Of a stretch of DNA of 64,000 nt, positions 51,850 to 63,256 are shown one piece after another. The stretch comes from Malacoraja senta (taxonomy: Eukaryota), in the NCBI GenBank assembly GCA_038087875.1, contig CM076001.1, positions 622,001-686,000 on the forward strand, given 5' to 3'. Position numbers and translations under genes: made by a program. Positions within the stretch are counted from its first letter, which is position 1. Each line of letters begins with the position of its first letter. Below the pieces are notes generated by a model. It saw only the letters and a program-made list of their open reading frames with translations. It did not search any database and was not told the origin of the DNA.

Positions 51850-54800
51850 TGTAAATAAGCATATTACACAGTCTGGAGTTTAAAGTCATCTTTAATTAAT
51901 ACACATAATATAGCGGTACAGCAGGTTGTTAGTTGCTAGTTCATCATCACCGCTTCCAAGACTGCCTAGTGTAGGAAGTTGGTGTTAATATAAAGCATAC
52001 AGTAAGGTGGGGTTAGTGATGCTATTTCTACTATGATTGGTTCGCATGCAATAACCAATCTACATCCTTCCCCGTAAAGAGCGAATATAGTTAAACACAT
52101 ATGCGACTCTCAAAGTTAAACATACTCGCCGTATCTATCGGGCGGTCTACTAATGCGACCCGAACGCGTAGGACCAACCCCTCTCCCTCCACGCCAGAAA
52201 AGTTAGTGGGGGAGGGAGGCAGTGAACCCGGAAGTGAGAAAGCAGCAGGGGAGACTTGAGGCGACCGATAGGGAGAGCATGCGGGAGAGGTAGTGATGCT
52301 GTTAGACAGAGCCGCCGGTCATGGCAGAGAACGGGACATGCTGGGACTAGTGGTGGCAACAGCAGCAGACGGCTGGAACATCAAAGGTGGAGAAAAGGGA
52401 TCGGCTGGTGGTGGACGTGGTTCCTTTAAAGACAGCAAGTGTTGGCGGCTCCGTCGGTACAGGGCGCCATCGACGTCCACAAGGTAGGAGAGGGATTCCT
52501 TTGACGGGCCAACAACGCAACCTAGACGGGAATGTCCCAAAGTAGTTTGCAAGCGGACGACTTGGCCCCGCAGCAGCGGTTTCAGTGGTTTGCTGGACTT
52601 GTCATATGATCGTTTCTGGATGTTGTGTTTCTCCTGATGCGCTTCTGGACCGCGGCTGGCTTCAGCACCTGTGGCACCAGCTTCTGCTGGGCAATTGGTA
52701 TCGGAGGTCGCGTTGTTCTGGACATCAGGCGTTGGGCTGGTGAGCCTAGGACCCCGTCTCTAGCGATGTTTCTGAGGTTGAAGAGGTCGAGATACACATC
52801 CGACTTGGCCAGGTGGGCGCGTTCCATTAGTTGTTTTGCACTCCTAACGGCCCGTTCAGCGAGCCCGTTACTTTGAGGGTATTCGGGGCAGCTTGTGACA
52901 TGGTGAAGTTCCATCGGTTTGCAAAGTATTTGAATGCGTGGCTGGTAAATTGTCTTCCGTTGTCAGTTTGCAGGCGGACAGGTGTGCCGAATGTGGAAAA
53001 GTGTCTCTGTAGCTTTTGAATGACCATTTCTGATGTGATAGAGGGCAGTAGATCAAGTTCGAACCAGTTAGAGTAGGAGTCGACCAGGACTAGATAATCT
53101 TTACCGTGTCATTCGAAAATGTCTGCTGCCAGCGACGTCCATGGCAGATGAAGGGATCACGACTTTGTGGGCCTTAATTATGACACCGTCCTGTATTACC
53201 AGCTCATCGCGGACTAGGAAGAACAGCTGCACCTCCAGTGGTGTGCTGGATTGCCTGTCTGGCCAGCCTCTTTTGATTATAGATGAGAGTAGCTGGAGAG
53301 TGCCATCGGTGGCTGTGTGTTCAGCTAGACGGTGCAAGCGTTCTGTGGGAACGAAGTCGATCTTGAGAACCGTAAACTCGTCCCGTTCATAGGTGTGTCG
53401 TTCACTGGATGCATGTGGTGCACGAGAGAGTCGGCAACGAGCATGTCTTTACCTTTCTTGTAAATGGTTTTGAAATCGAACCGCTGGAGCTGCATCATCA
53501 TACGCTGCAGTCGTGCAGGTGCTGCGTGTATAGGTTTATTAATGATGGTTACAAGTGGTTGGTGGTCTGTTTCGACTGTGAAAGTATTCCCAAAGTTGAA
53601 GTCCTTGAATTTTGAACAAACAAAGACCACGGCTAGCAGCTCTTTCTCGATCTGCGCATAGCGCTGTTCGGTGTTCGTCATGGTGCGGGAGGCATAAGAT
53701 ACAGGTAGTACAGTCCCATGGGCAGACGTTTGAAGGCAGGCTGCGCCCAGCCCGTATCGTGAGACGTCGCAGGTTACCGTGACAGGACGCTTCAGGTCAA
53801 AGAATGTCAATGTGGGAGCGCTGGCCAGCTTGGGCTTTAAAGAGTCAAATGCTTGTTGATGTTACTGGAACCAGGTCCAGGCAGTGTCCTTCCGAGTGAG
53901 TTGTCTCAGAGGCGAACTTAGTTCGCTGAGTTTCGGTATGAACTTTCCCAGATAGTTCACCATACCCATAAAGCGTTGTAGGCTTAACACGTCGGTGGGG
54001 GCTGGCATTTCTGTGATGGCAGCAGTTTTCTTCGGGTCGGGCTTCAGCCCATCAGAAGTGAAAACGTGTCCAACATATGTGACCTCTGGAACCCTGAACT
54101 TGCATTTATTAGGGTTGAATTTCAGGTTGATCTCACGTGCCCGGTCCATAATATGCTTTAGGTTGTTGTCATGCTCCGCTGTGCCATATACCAGGATATC
54201 ATCCATGATGATGGCACACGGGAGTCCTTGGAACAGCTGTTCCATGTTTCTTTGAAAGACTTCGCTGGCCGAGTTAATGCAGAATGGCATCCTGAGAAAT
54301 TTAAATCTGCCAAACAGTGTGGCAAACGAGGTCAGGTTTGATGACTCGTCATGTAGTGGTATCTGCCAAAACGAGCTTTTTGCGTCAAGGACGGAAAATA
54401 CTGTCGCGCGCCCGATCTGTGCAGCGACGTCCTCGACAGTTCTCATTGGATAATTACAAGGCTTTCCGTTCGTCGGACAGAACGATCGTCCCTTGTTGTG
54501 GAAATAGTTACAATTCGGGCACCTCTGAGGGGGCTCATTGGCGAATCCCCGGTTAGCTGGTTGAGGGGGTTCATTCATAAATCTTCTGTTATCGGTCGGT
54601 GTTTGTCGTCTGTTGAAACCCGTCAGGTTTATGGTCTTCTTCTGTGTGTCAAACTGGGCGCTTAGTGGGGCAACAATCTCAGACGTTCGACAGGCATGTA
54701 CTGCTTGTTCAAGGGTTAAATCAGCATTCCGCAGTAACTCAGTCCTTAGCTTTTGATCGGTCATACCACTGATAAGCTTGTCCCTGATTAATTCATTCGA

Positions 54801-55510
54801 CATGACCTGAAAGCGGCATCGCTGAGCCATATATTTCAAGTCACAAATAAATCTTTCCACATGCTCATCGGGAAGCTGGTGTCTCGCGAAGAATTTCGCT
54901 CTTTCTAAAATACGGTTTGAGGGTAGGTCGCATAGTTCACGGAATTTACGCAGTAAAACAGTGGGGTCACGCATAGTCTCAGCAGGTACAACTACCTGAT
55001 CGTTGGCATCGTGAACGGCTGGCACGTGTTCAAAGGTCCGCGCTCTCATCATGGCTTCGGGTCCCGCCAGGTTAAGTAGGAGGGAAGCCTTGACAGCATC
55101 TGGTTCATTTCGGTGGACGATGTTGATAGAGTGTTGGTAGTCGATTTCAAAGAGCCTCCATCGTTCCCCGATGTGAGAATCGAAGATAAGCTGCGCAGGC
55201 TTTCTGCATGATTGAGCCATGGTGATACAAGTGAAACTGATAAACAGAAATAAAACCCGATATACTGATGCAGTGGGTTACTCCAAGCTTTCCAACACCA
55301 TGTAAATAAGCATATTACACAGTCTGGAGTTTAAAGTCATCTTTAATTAATACACATAGTATAGCGGTACAGCAGGTTGTTAGTTGCTAGTTCATCATCA
55401 CCGCTTCTAAGACTGCCTAGTGTAGGAAATGGATGTTAATATAAAGCATACAGTAAGGTGGGGTTAGTGATGCTATTTCTACTATGATTGGTTCACATGC
55501 AATAACCAAT
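51850..55510 (-). mobile_element. Gypsy LTR retrotransposon, internally deleted
   Basis: LTRs 55301-55510 and 51850-52064; PBS-like TGGTGT at 55300; PPT GGGGAAGGA; gag fused to RT (53862-55220, IMDD), RNase H (53325-53810), integrase (YPQSNGLAERAV); ATTGC on both flanks. Confidence 0.93.
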
Positions 55511-55598
55511 TGCCATCCTCATCAATGTCCTGATTGTCATCACCCTGATTACCCACCAGGTCTGACTCATTGTCTTCCTGGATAAGGTTATGCATAAT
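55511..55598 (-). pseudogene. THBS2: Thrombospondin type 3 repeat fragment
   Basis: MHNLIQEDNESDLVGNQGDDNQDIDEDG; continues across the Gypsy insertion. Confidence 0.75.
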
Positions 55599-55762
55599 CT
55601 CTTTCAAAAGGTCCATCTGTTTCAAAATGTTCAGCTTCTTTCTCTCTAGATCCTTGGTCATATGATAGAGCTCAAAATGCTTCAAGATTGTTGATCAAAT
55701 GTGGTTTGTCTTTCCGAAGTTATGAGCAAAGGCTTTGCACTTCCTCCTGATCTGTAAAGATC

Positions 55763-56610
55763 TTCTTACTTCTATATGGATCAGCTTTACATGGCGCTGC
55801 TGGTAGCGATCAATCAGAAACACCTTGTTACCTCCTGGGTGGGGCAAGGTCTTTCACTCACCTCTTCATGCTGCTCTTTTATATGTTTCTTAAGTCCGTC
55901 AACTCCTCTGTAAACAGCACAGTAACCCTTATACTGACATCGATACATGGTGGGGAAATCTTCCCTTTCCAAGTTTGACTTTGGTTTCCAGCCACGTTTT
56001 TGTCCAGATTGATTCTTCACATCCTTAATATTGCACTTCTTAACTGGTAACTTACTCTTCTTCTTCCAATATGGTTGAAAAGACTCATCTGAAGAGCCAT
56101 TCTTAACTTTTGTTTCTCTGTCATCTTCACTTGATAATTACCTTTCAGAAAGATCACTGGACTCCAATCCATCCACAACATCATTTCTTACAGAACAAGA
56201 TGCTTCATTGCAGTTAACTCTTTTTTTCACATTTAATGGTTGAGTTGCATCTTGCACCTGAACTTTTTCCCAAGAGCACGCTGTATATTCAGGATCATAT
56301 CCTTCTTCAATAGGGATTCCCAGTTGTCCACATCCACCGACTGCAAAGTGTCTCCACTGTATGTACAAGGCTGAAAGTCTGCTAACACTGGGACAGGTTG
56401 ATGCTTCGCAACATTATCACCCTCACCATTTTCAGTCACTGTTCCATTCCGAGGTGAAAGGGTTATTATGCCATCCAGAACCTCCTCCATTGAGACCTTA
56501 TTTCTACTGGATGGGCACTGTCCCTCATTCAAAACAATGCTGCAACTTGAATGCATGTCCAGAATGTAACTGTGGCCCTCTGTTATCACAGTTCTGAACT
56601 GTCCATCCAA
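55763..56610 (-). pseudogene. ZNF276: Processed ZNF276 fragment, middle region to second zinc finger
   Basis: GHSYILDMHSSC, REDFPTMYRCQYKGYCAVYRGVDGLKKHIKEQHEEVSERPCP, NKVFLIDRYQQRHVKLIHIEVR. Confidence 0.85.
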
Positions 56611-56854
56611 TTGCTAGTATTCTGCCTGATGCACCTCTACCCCATTGCAGACATTGGACTTTGTCTATGGAATGCTATAATGCTCAGAACTATGTTCTCC
56701 ACACTAACCTTTCCTTTGCTCTACCTATTTTAGGTGAGCCTGGCTTGATTACATTTAATCATGTTAATCATTTGTGTCTTGCTGACACTAAAAAAGTGCA
56801 AGATTCCTTAGACTCATAATTTAGCTGTTGAATAACTATTAATTGGGTTCCTGC

Positions 56855-57182
56855 TTAATTAATGTTTCCAAACTTAGCTGACGATTCAATTTCAATATGT
56901 TTGTTTTTATCTGTATTCTGGATCAAGGCAGGAACAATGGACATATGAACATTCAAATTGTGAGCCTTCTCGAACCGCTTCTCACATTGGTCACAAGCAA
57001 ATTCAAGTTCAGCTTCTGTCTTGTGCTTGGTCATAAGGTATTTCATGGATGCTCTTTGCCTGCACTGGTAACCACAAACTTCACACTGCAAAGGTTTTGC
57101 TCCAGTATGGCGCATTTGGTGAACTGACAGTTGTTTCCGCTGTTTGAAAGTCTGCCCACATTCATCACAAATGTAGTTTCTT
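56855..57182 (-). pseudogene. ZNF276: Processed ZNF276 fragment, C-terminal zinc fingers
   Basis: RNYICDECGQTFKQRKQLSVHQMRHTGAKPLQCEVCGYQCRQRASMKY...FACDQCEKRFEKAHNLNVHMS. Confidence 0.9.
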
Positions 57183-57369
57183 TTCACAAATGTTGTGGTT
57201 CTTTCTCCCAAGTTGTCCATCAGCGTGTGAAACCAGCATTATTATTCCTTCTCCATCAATGCCAACTAGCTGTCTGATCCATCCCAACTCAACTCCTCAC
57301 TTTGATCCCGGCTGGGATTTACCTCAATCCAGTTCTGTAACTGAGTTGCACTCCAAAATCAAGGCTTTT

Positions 57370-57517
57370 CAACTCCACAACCTGATTGCTCTCCTTCGGC
57401 TGCTGTGTGATGGAAGCGAGATGGTCATTTTCAGACTGGGCATTGGTGAGCACATTTCTCATCTGTTTCAGCTCTGTCTGTAGCTCCGGGATAAGCTGCC
57501 ACCTTTTTCTGGTTACT
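57370..57517 (-). pseudogene. BICD2: BICD2 coiled-coil fragment
   Basis: SNQKKVAA then [39 protein letters not shown], matching recalled BICD2 [39 protein letters not shown]. Confidence 0.8.
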
Positions 57518-57540
57518 TCAAGAACCTGTGGTAATGGATC

Positions 57541-57598
57541 CATCTTGGTCAGTGTTATAAATGTAAGGACAGTTGTCAGCCTTATTCAGGACATCTTG
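57541..57598 (-). pseudogene. THBS2: Thrombospondin type 3 repeat fragment (5'-most piece)
   Basis: [17 protein letters not shown] resembles THBS2 DVFNERDNCPYVYNTDQ. Confidence 0.7.
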
Positions 57599-57689
57599 GT
57601 GCAGGGGTGTTTCCCCAAGTCCAGCCCATCTGGGCCAACCTCAGGATAAAAAGTAGGGTCAATAGCCCCATTGTCCTTTCTTGGTTCTC

Positions 57690-58020
57690 CTCCATTTACA
57701 GTATCAGATGTCTCCAACGGGAGTAATCTTCAATCTTCACGGTGATTAGTGTCATAGTAGCACCTGGTACAGTCCCCTCCAACATAGTGCCAATTCTGTC
57801 CGATCCCAATAGTATGGACTGTGTTTGTGTTCAACTGGCAGTGGCTTCTGCGTTTTCAACCTCTGTGAATGCAAGACTGACAAGGTTGTGCTTAATTGCT
57901 GTGCGTATGTAATGAATGCATTGCTGTGGGCCTGTAGGTCATAACTAACTTCCACACTATTTAGTGTCCTATTCATTCCCTTCACTAATCCAGAATTCTA
58001 CTGGTGGTAGGGGATGTTAG
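57690..58020 (-). pseudogene. Retroviral integrase remnant
   Basis: IPYHQ*NSGLVKGMNRTL (PYHPQSSG.VER.NRTL-like) and WRGLYQVLL (GPY/F-like). Confidence 0.75.
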
Positions 58021-59309
58021 ATCACTCTTTAACTACCTATAAGGCCGACACTTTCAAAATAGATCATTATATTAAAAAAACTATTTAAAAATATTCCCAA
58101 TTGTTCCAATCTATCTCCCTAAATTTACAATTTCAAATTAACAGATTTTGTTCCAATCTCATTTAACACATCTACCTATATGCCACGTGGCCATCGTGGA
58201 ATTCAGGTCTCTATTTGAACTCAAATCAAAAGGTAAGAAATAGGAAATAAAAAACTTAAAGTTAAGAGAAAACAAAGAATAAACAATTAATTTTCATAGA
58301 TTGCAGCTCATTCAATGACATCCTATTTCATCTGATGGACCATTTCATCAAAAGGGGCATTTATATGAATATATAAATATAGCCTGGGACTGGATGTCAA
58401 GTATTCCAATAGGCTTTGGGAGAAATTAAAAAGACAGTGAAATCCTGAACACAGTAGGAAAGAGCTGCCATTATCTTGGCAGCATAGCCTTGAAAAGAAC
58501 ACTGAGCACACTAGTTAGATAAGAGACAGAACTTGGATGAGTGACAACTCGAAAGAACTTCCTAGAATACTTTTGAAATACCCTTTGGTTTATAACAAAT
58601 AATACCCTTCGAACATTGAAATAAAAAGAGTGCAAAAAAACATGCAAAATACACAAATTTAATCCGAGAGGAGTTAGCCAAAGTGGCGTAGCCCCCTAAT
58701 TTCCAAAAAAAAATTGTGCAAAACATTAGAGACCTCTCTCTGTATTAATTTTACATTCCCCTCCCTTATCTGACAAAACCCGTTCTGTTTAAAAGAATCT
58801 TTGTTTCTGTGGGAACCAATTTGCAGAATTTGTGAACTAGGAAATTCCCCTGGCAGATTTTGTGAACTGGCACTGGGAGGTTTGCAAAAGTCATCGTCTG
58901 TTGGAGTGAGAATTAAAATGAACAAAGGCAGTAGTTTAATGTAATGGTGAGCGTGCTAATGTTCAAAATTGAAGTGGTCTGAGCTGTGATTGGACAGTGA
59001 TCCAGATGGTGATTGGCCACCTCCCCCTTCTTCTATGGACAGGGTCACCAATGCCAGACATAGGGTCTCAAGAGGGTCTCGAGAGGACCCCGAGAAGACT
59101 TACTGGTACCGGTTTGTTCTCCGAATTCTTATCAGCGCTTTCTTTCTCTGCCTTAGCCCTTATCTCCTATTCCTCTGCCCACTGGCATTCCATCTGAAGT
59201 AGTTTCCATTCTTTTAATAGTTCTGTCTTTATTCCACAATTCAATTCCTCTTTTACAGGCATAATCCATCTAACAACTAACTCGCGTCTCCACCCACTTC
59301 TTTTCTGCC

Positions 59310-59340
<31 letters not shown>

Positions 59341-60085
59341 GCGCTCAATAGTCTCCACATTCCATATGCCTCTACTGGTCAAGACACATTACTCATATGT
59401 TTCGTCAATTTATAATTCAAAATTCTATAATACTTGTTCTATGAAAGAAATAACACATGTGTTGTACAGCCGTCTTTCCGTCACTCTTATCCAAATTATT
59501 TCAATGTTTATCCAATATCCAAATCACTTCTTAGTACACAACTTAGTACACAAATTGTAACAAACTTTTTCAGCCCAATCCTTTATTTGTAACAAACCTT
59601 TGCAGTCTGTAAAGCCCAATCTGGCTACTCTCTCTGGTAGCAAATTCACAACCGTCTTTTCAAAACACTGTCTCTTCAAGACATAGTCTTTTCAATACAC
59701 TTCTTTTCAAGACACCTTGTCTTTCCAATACACAATTAGTGACAAAAATGTTGTAGTCTGCCATGCTCCATCCTTTAATTGTGACAAAACCTCTTTAGTC
59801 TGCCGTGCCCAATCCTTTATCATTTCCAGTACACAAGCCAATCCTTTACTAATTTCCAATACACAAGCCAATCCTTTATACAAGTATTCTTACCTTCGCT
59901 GTCTGCTTCTAAGTATCTTGTCTGGAAGCAGGCCAACCTCAGACTGAGGGACCTTCATTTTTTTTTACCGAGAACTTCTACGGGAGGCCAGACTCAAAGG
60001 GTCCAACTAGAGCTCAGTTTTCTCCCCTTCAGATCCTGGTCAACTGCACCCTCTTACTCAGTCATCCTGTTGCTGGTCCCAGCTA

Positions 60086-60106
60086 GATCCCTGGCGACTA
60101 CAGCCA
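60086..60106 (-). promoter_or_regulatory. Primer binding site, tRNA-Ser-like
   Basis: TGGCTGTAGTCGCCAGGGATC two bases after the LTR; compare complement of tRNA-Ser 3' end TGGCGTAGTCGGCAGGAT. Confidence 0.65.
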
Positions 60107-60108
60107 AA

Positions 60109-60631
60109 TGTCAAAGTTTGTTTCTTAAAAAGCAGATAGCAACAAAAACTGTTAAAGGTAAACCGTGGCAATCTTTAATTGATTCGTCAGACGGGAGTGG
60201 CAATATTACAATAAGCACAAACGTTGCTCAGTCCTTCTCGGGCTCCCACTCTCAGAACAAAGGTCAGTTAGCACAATTATACATTTTTTCTTACCAAGTC
60301 TGAATATGGCATGACTGAAAGATTCTGCAACCTTTCAGAATATAAGAAAAGCTGTGTAAAATCAAGCTAATCCAATAACAAGTTATTACTTATCTCTGGA
60401 GCACCAACTATTTTTTTCAATCTTGGCTTCTTTATGGCCTTGAATGAACCACATGTTATTACTGCAGGCTTTATTGAAAAGACAACCTGTCCTCCATATT
60501 GTGTTCCATATAATTTACAATGTCATTCAGACTTGGCACCGAGCCATTATTTTGTTCTACTAGTCCATGCTTTTGTAGAAGAATGACTCCATTTTAGATT
60601 TGACTATTAGATTTGACTATTAGCTCTTTCA
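60109..60631 (-). repeat. ERV 5' LTR
   Basis: TGAAAG...CTTTGACA on minus; direct repeat of 50088-50647. Confidence 0.88.
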
Positions 60632-61062
60632 CTATGGCACCTGTAATCCTGGGTTGGATTTGAGAAATGTCTGCAGAGGAACTGGACAGTGATCAATGAT
60701 TAGGTTACGAGCTGGAGAGGAAGGGGAGATCTAAAGGGGCATGAATACAAAGTACAAAACCATGGGTTATGTTAGATGTGAGTGTCTCTTTTCACAGATA
60801 GTCAGTGGGCTCTGGAATAATTTCCTGATGCACCTGGTAAATGTGAAACTCTGGGTGAACCATTGAGATTGGAGAACACCTTGAGTCACAAACAGTAAGT
60901 GACAAGTCACTCTAGGGAATGAAATGATTTACAACTGCTGTCTGGTACATTCCTGATTGCCTTTGGGAATCAAAGAAACATTTCCCAGGGATTCCTCCTC
61001 AACAACCTTTGTTTCTTTTCTCTCAGTCCTTGGTATTTTTCAGAAAGGGTTGTAATAAGAAT

Positions 61063-61322
61063 GTTAGGAAGGAACTGCAGATACTGGTTTAAACCAAAGA
61101 TAGACCCAGAAAGCTGGAGTTACTGAGCGGCACAGACAGCATCTCTGGAGAGAAGAAATATGTGATGTTTTGGCTCGAGACCCTTCTTCAGACTCCAGAC
61201 TCCATTCTGAAGATTCAAAATCCAGTCTGAAGAAGGGTCTTGACCCAAAACTTAATCTATTCCTTTGCTCCAGAGATACTGCCTGACCCGTTTAGTTACT
61301 CCATCTTTTTGTGTCTACCTTC
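61063..61322. mobile_element. Inverted pair of Penelope-like terminal repeats
   Basis: Two opposing copies, each with a decayed CTGAAGAAGGGTC...AAAAC motif. Confidence 0.7.
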
Positions 61323-61615
61323 ATGCAAAACAGAATGGATTGGTCAATGGCATTTTCAGGCTCTCTCACTACACGAGACAAAGCAATGAGGCCTGAGAGC
61401 AGTTCCATTGATTTCAGGCCCATCAGTTTGGGCATGCAGATAAAATCTTGCACCAGATCTGAGCCTGATAAAGGTCCATGCCAAGAGCCACCCTGAATGT
61501 TGATTTAGATGATTGGGACATTGTGCAATTGTGCAGAATGCCAGTTCCATTTTACCTCAAAATGGAAGGCAACAGTGGAAATTGAATTGAATAAATTTAC
61601 CAGTTTATTGTTAAA

Positions 61616-62386
61616 TCTATCTATATTACTAAAAGACTCCTCTTGACCACTTCCTGTTGCACTGTTTATTGATTTTAGTAAAAACGCTGCCACTTACGGC
61701 TGTGATTTATGGCCATCTTACTCAGAGCCCCCCTCCGCTGGTCAGGAGAAGAGGATTTTTCCCATTGATGAAAAATAAAAGACTTATTAATGTTTTAAAA
61801 ATGTTGAGATTCTCTCTCCTGAAGGCCACGCCCCTTCCGGAGGGACTATAAAACCCGGAAATGTGGAGGTGCCTCAGTTCTCTGCAAGATGGGGGAGTGT
61901 AAGGTTGCAATTCTCTGTCTGAGCTGTGAATAACACTAAATACATGTCTACTAAACTGTGAGTGGTTTTACTGACCTGTCAGTGCCCATAATGTGGTTTG
62001 AAAATGTAGTTTAAAAATGCAAAAGTGTTTCTTGGTTTGAGAATGCAAATGTTGCCTTGCCTAATTGAAAATATGGTGTGAGAATGCAAAAGTTGCCTTG
62101 CCTAATTGAAAAGTTGGTTTGAGAATGTTAAAGTTGCCTTGCCTAATTGAAAAGTTGGTTTGAGAATGCTAAAGTTGCCTTGCCTAATTGAAAAAGTTGG
62201 TTTGAGAATGCTAAAGTTGCCTTGCCTAATTGAAAGGTTGGTTTGAGAATGCTAAAGTTGCCTTGCCTAATTGAAAAGTTGGTTTGAGAATGCTAAAGTT
62301 GCCTTGCCTAATTGAAAAGTTGATTTGATAATGCCTTGCCCAATTGAAAAGTTAGTTTGAGAATGCCTTGCCTAATTGAAAAGTTG
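61616..62386 (+). mobile_element. Probable Helitron 5' portion carrying a ~41-bp tandem array (about 62033-62386)
   Basis: A|TCTATCTATATTACTAAAAGACTCCTCTTG resembles the 5' end of the Helitron at 46210; 3' end not seen. Confidence 0.6.
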
Positions 62387-63056
62387 GGGAAGCTGGCTAG
62401 GAATATAGGGGAAGCTGGCCAGGAATATAAAGAAGGACAGTAAAAGCTTCTTTAGATATGTTAAGGGAAAAAGAGTAGCAAAGTCAAATGTGGTCCCTTG
62501 AAGGCAGACACAGGTGAAATTATTATGGGCAACAAGGAAATGGCAGAAGAGTTGAATAGGTACTTCGGATCCGTCTTCACAGATGTACTGCAGGACAGAG
62601 GATCTAAGGGGGTAGAGGAACTGAAATAAAATTTTCATTAGGCGAGAAATAGTATTGGGTAGGCTAATGGGACTGAAGGATGATAAATCCCCTGGGCCTG
62701 ATGGTCTGCATCCCAGGGTCCTCAGGGACTTGGCTCTAGAAATAGTGGACACATTGGTGATCATTTTCCAATGCACAATAGATTCAGGATCAGTTCCTGT
62801 GGATTGGAGGATGGCTAATGTTATCCCACTTTTCAAGAAAGGAGCGAGAGAGAAAACGGGGAATTACAGACCAGTTAGCCTGACTTCGGTGGTGGGGAAG
62901 ATGCTGGAGTCAATTATTAAAGAGGTAATAATGGGGCATTTGGATAGCAGTAAAAGGATTAGTCCAAGTCAACAAGGATTTATGAAAGGGAAATCATGCT
63001 TGACTAATCTTCTGGAATTTTTTGAGCATGTGACAAGTAAAATGGATGAAGGGGTG
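62387..63056 (+). mobile_element. CR1 ORF2 fragment ending at the assembly gap
   Basis: KSPGPDGLHPRVL, NYRPVSLTSVVGK, KSCLTNLLEFF. Confidence 0.92.
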
Positions 63057-63256
63057 NNNNNNNNNNNNNNNNNNNNNNNNNNNNNNNNNNNNNNNNNNNN
63101 NNNNNNNNNNNNNNNNNNNNNNNNNNNNNNNNNNNNNNNNNNNNNNNNNNNNNNNNNNNNNNNNNNNNNNNNNNNNNNNNNNNNNNNNNNNNNNNNNNNN
63201 NNNNNNNNNNNNNNNNNNNNNNNNNNNNNNNNNNNNNNNNNNNNNNNNNNNNNNNN
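63057..63256. other. Assembly gap (200 N)
   Basis: Run of N. Confidence 1.

Larger units (their letters stand above)
50088..60631 (-). mobile_element. Defective ERV-like LTR element carrying host mRNA fragments
   Basis: Direct LTRs 60109-60631 and 50088-50647, tRNA-Ser-like PBS, PPT, retroviral integrase remnant; no clear TSD. Confidence 0.85.

Noticed and set aside
55763..57220. Functional ZNF276 or thrombospondin gene
   Set aside because: Intronless, rearranged, frameshifted and enclosed in LTRs
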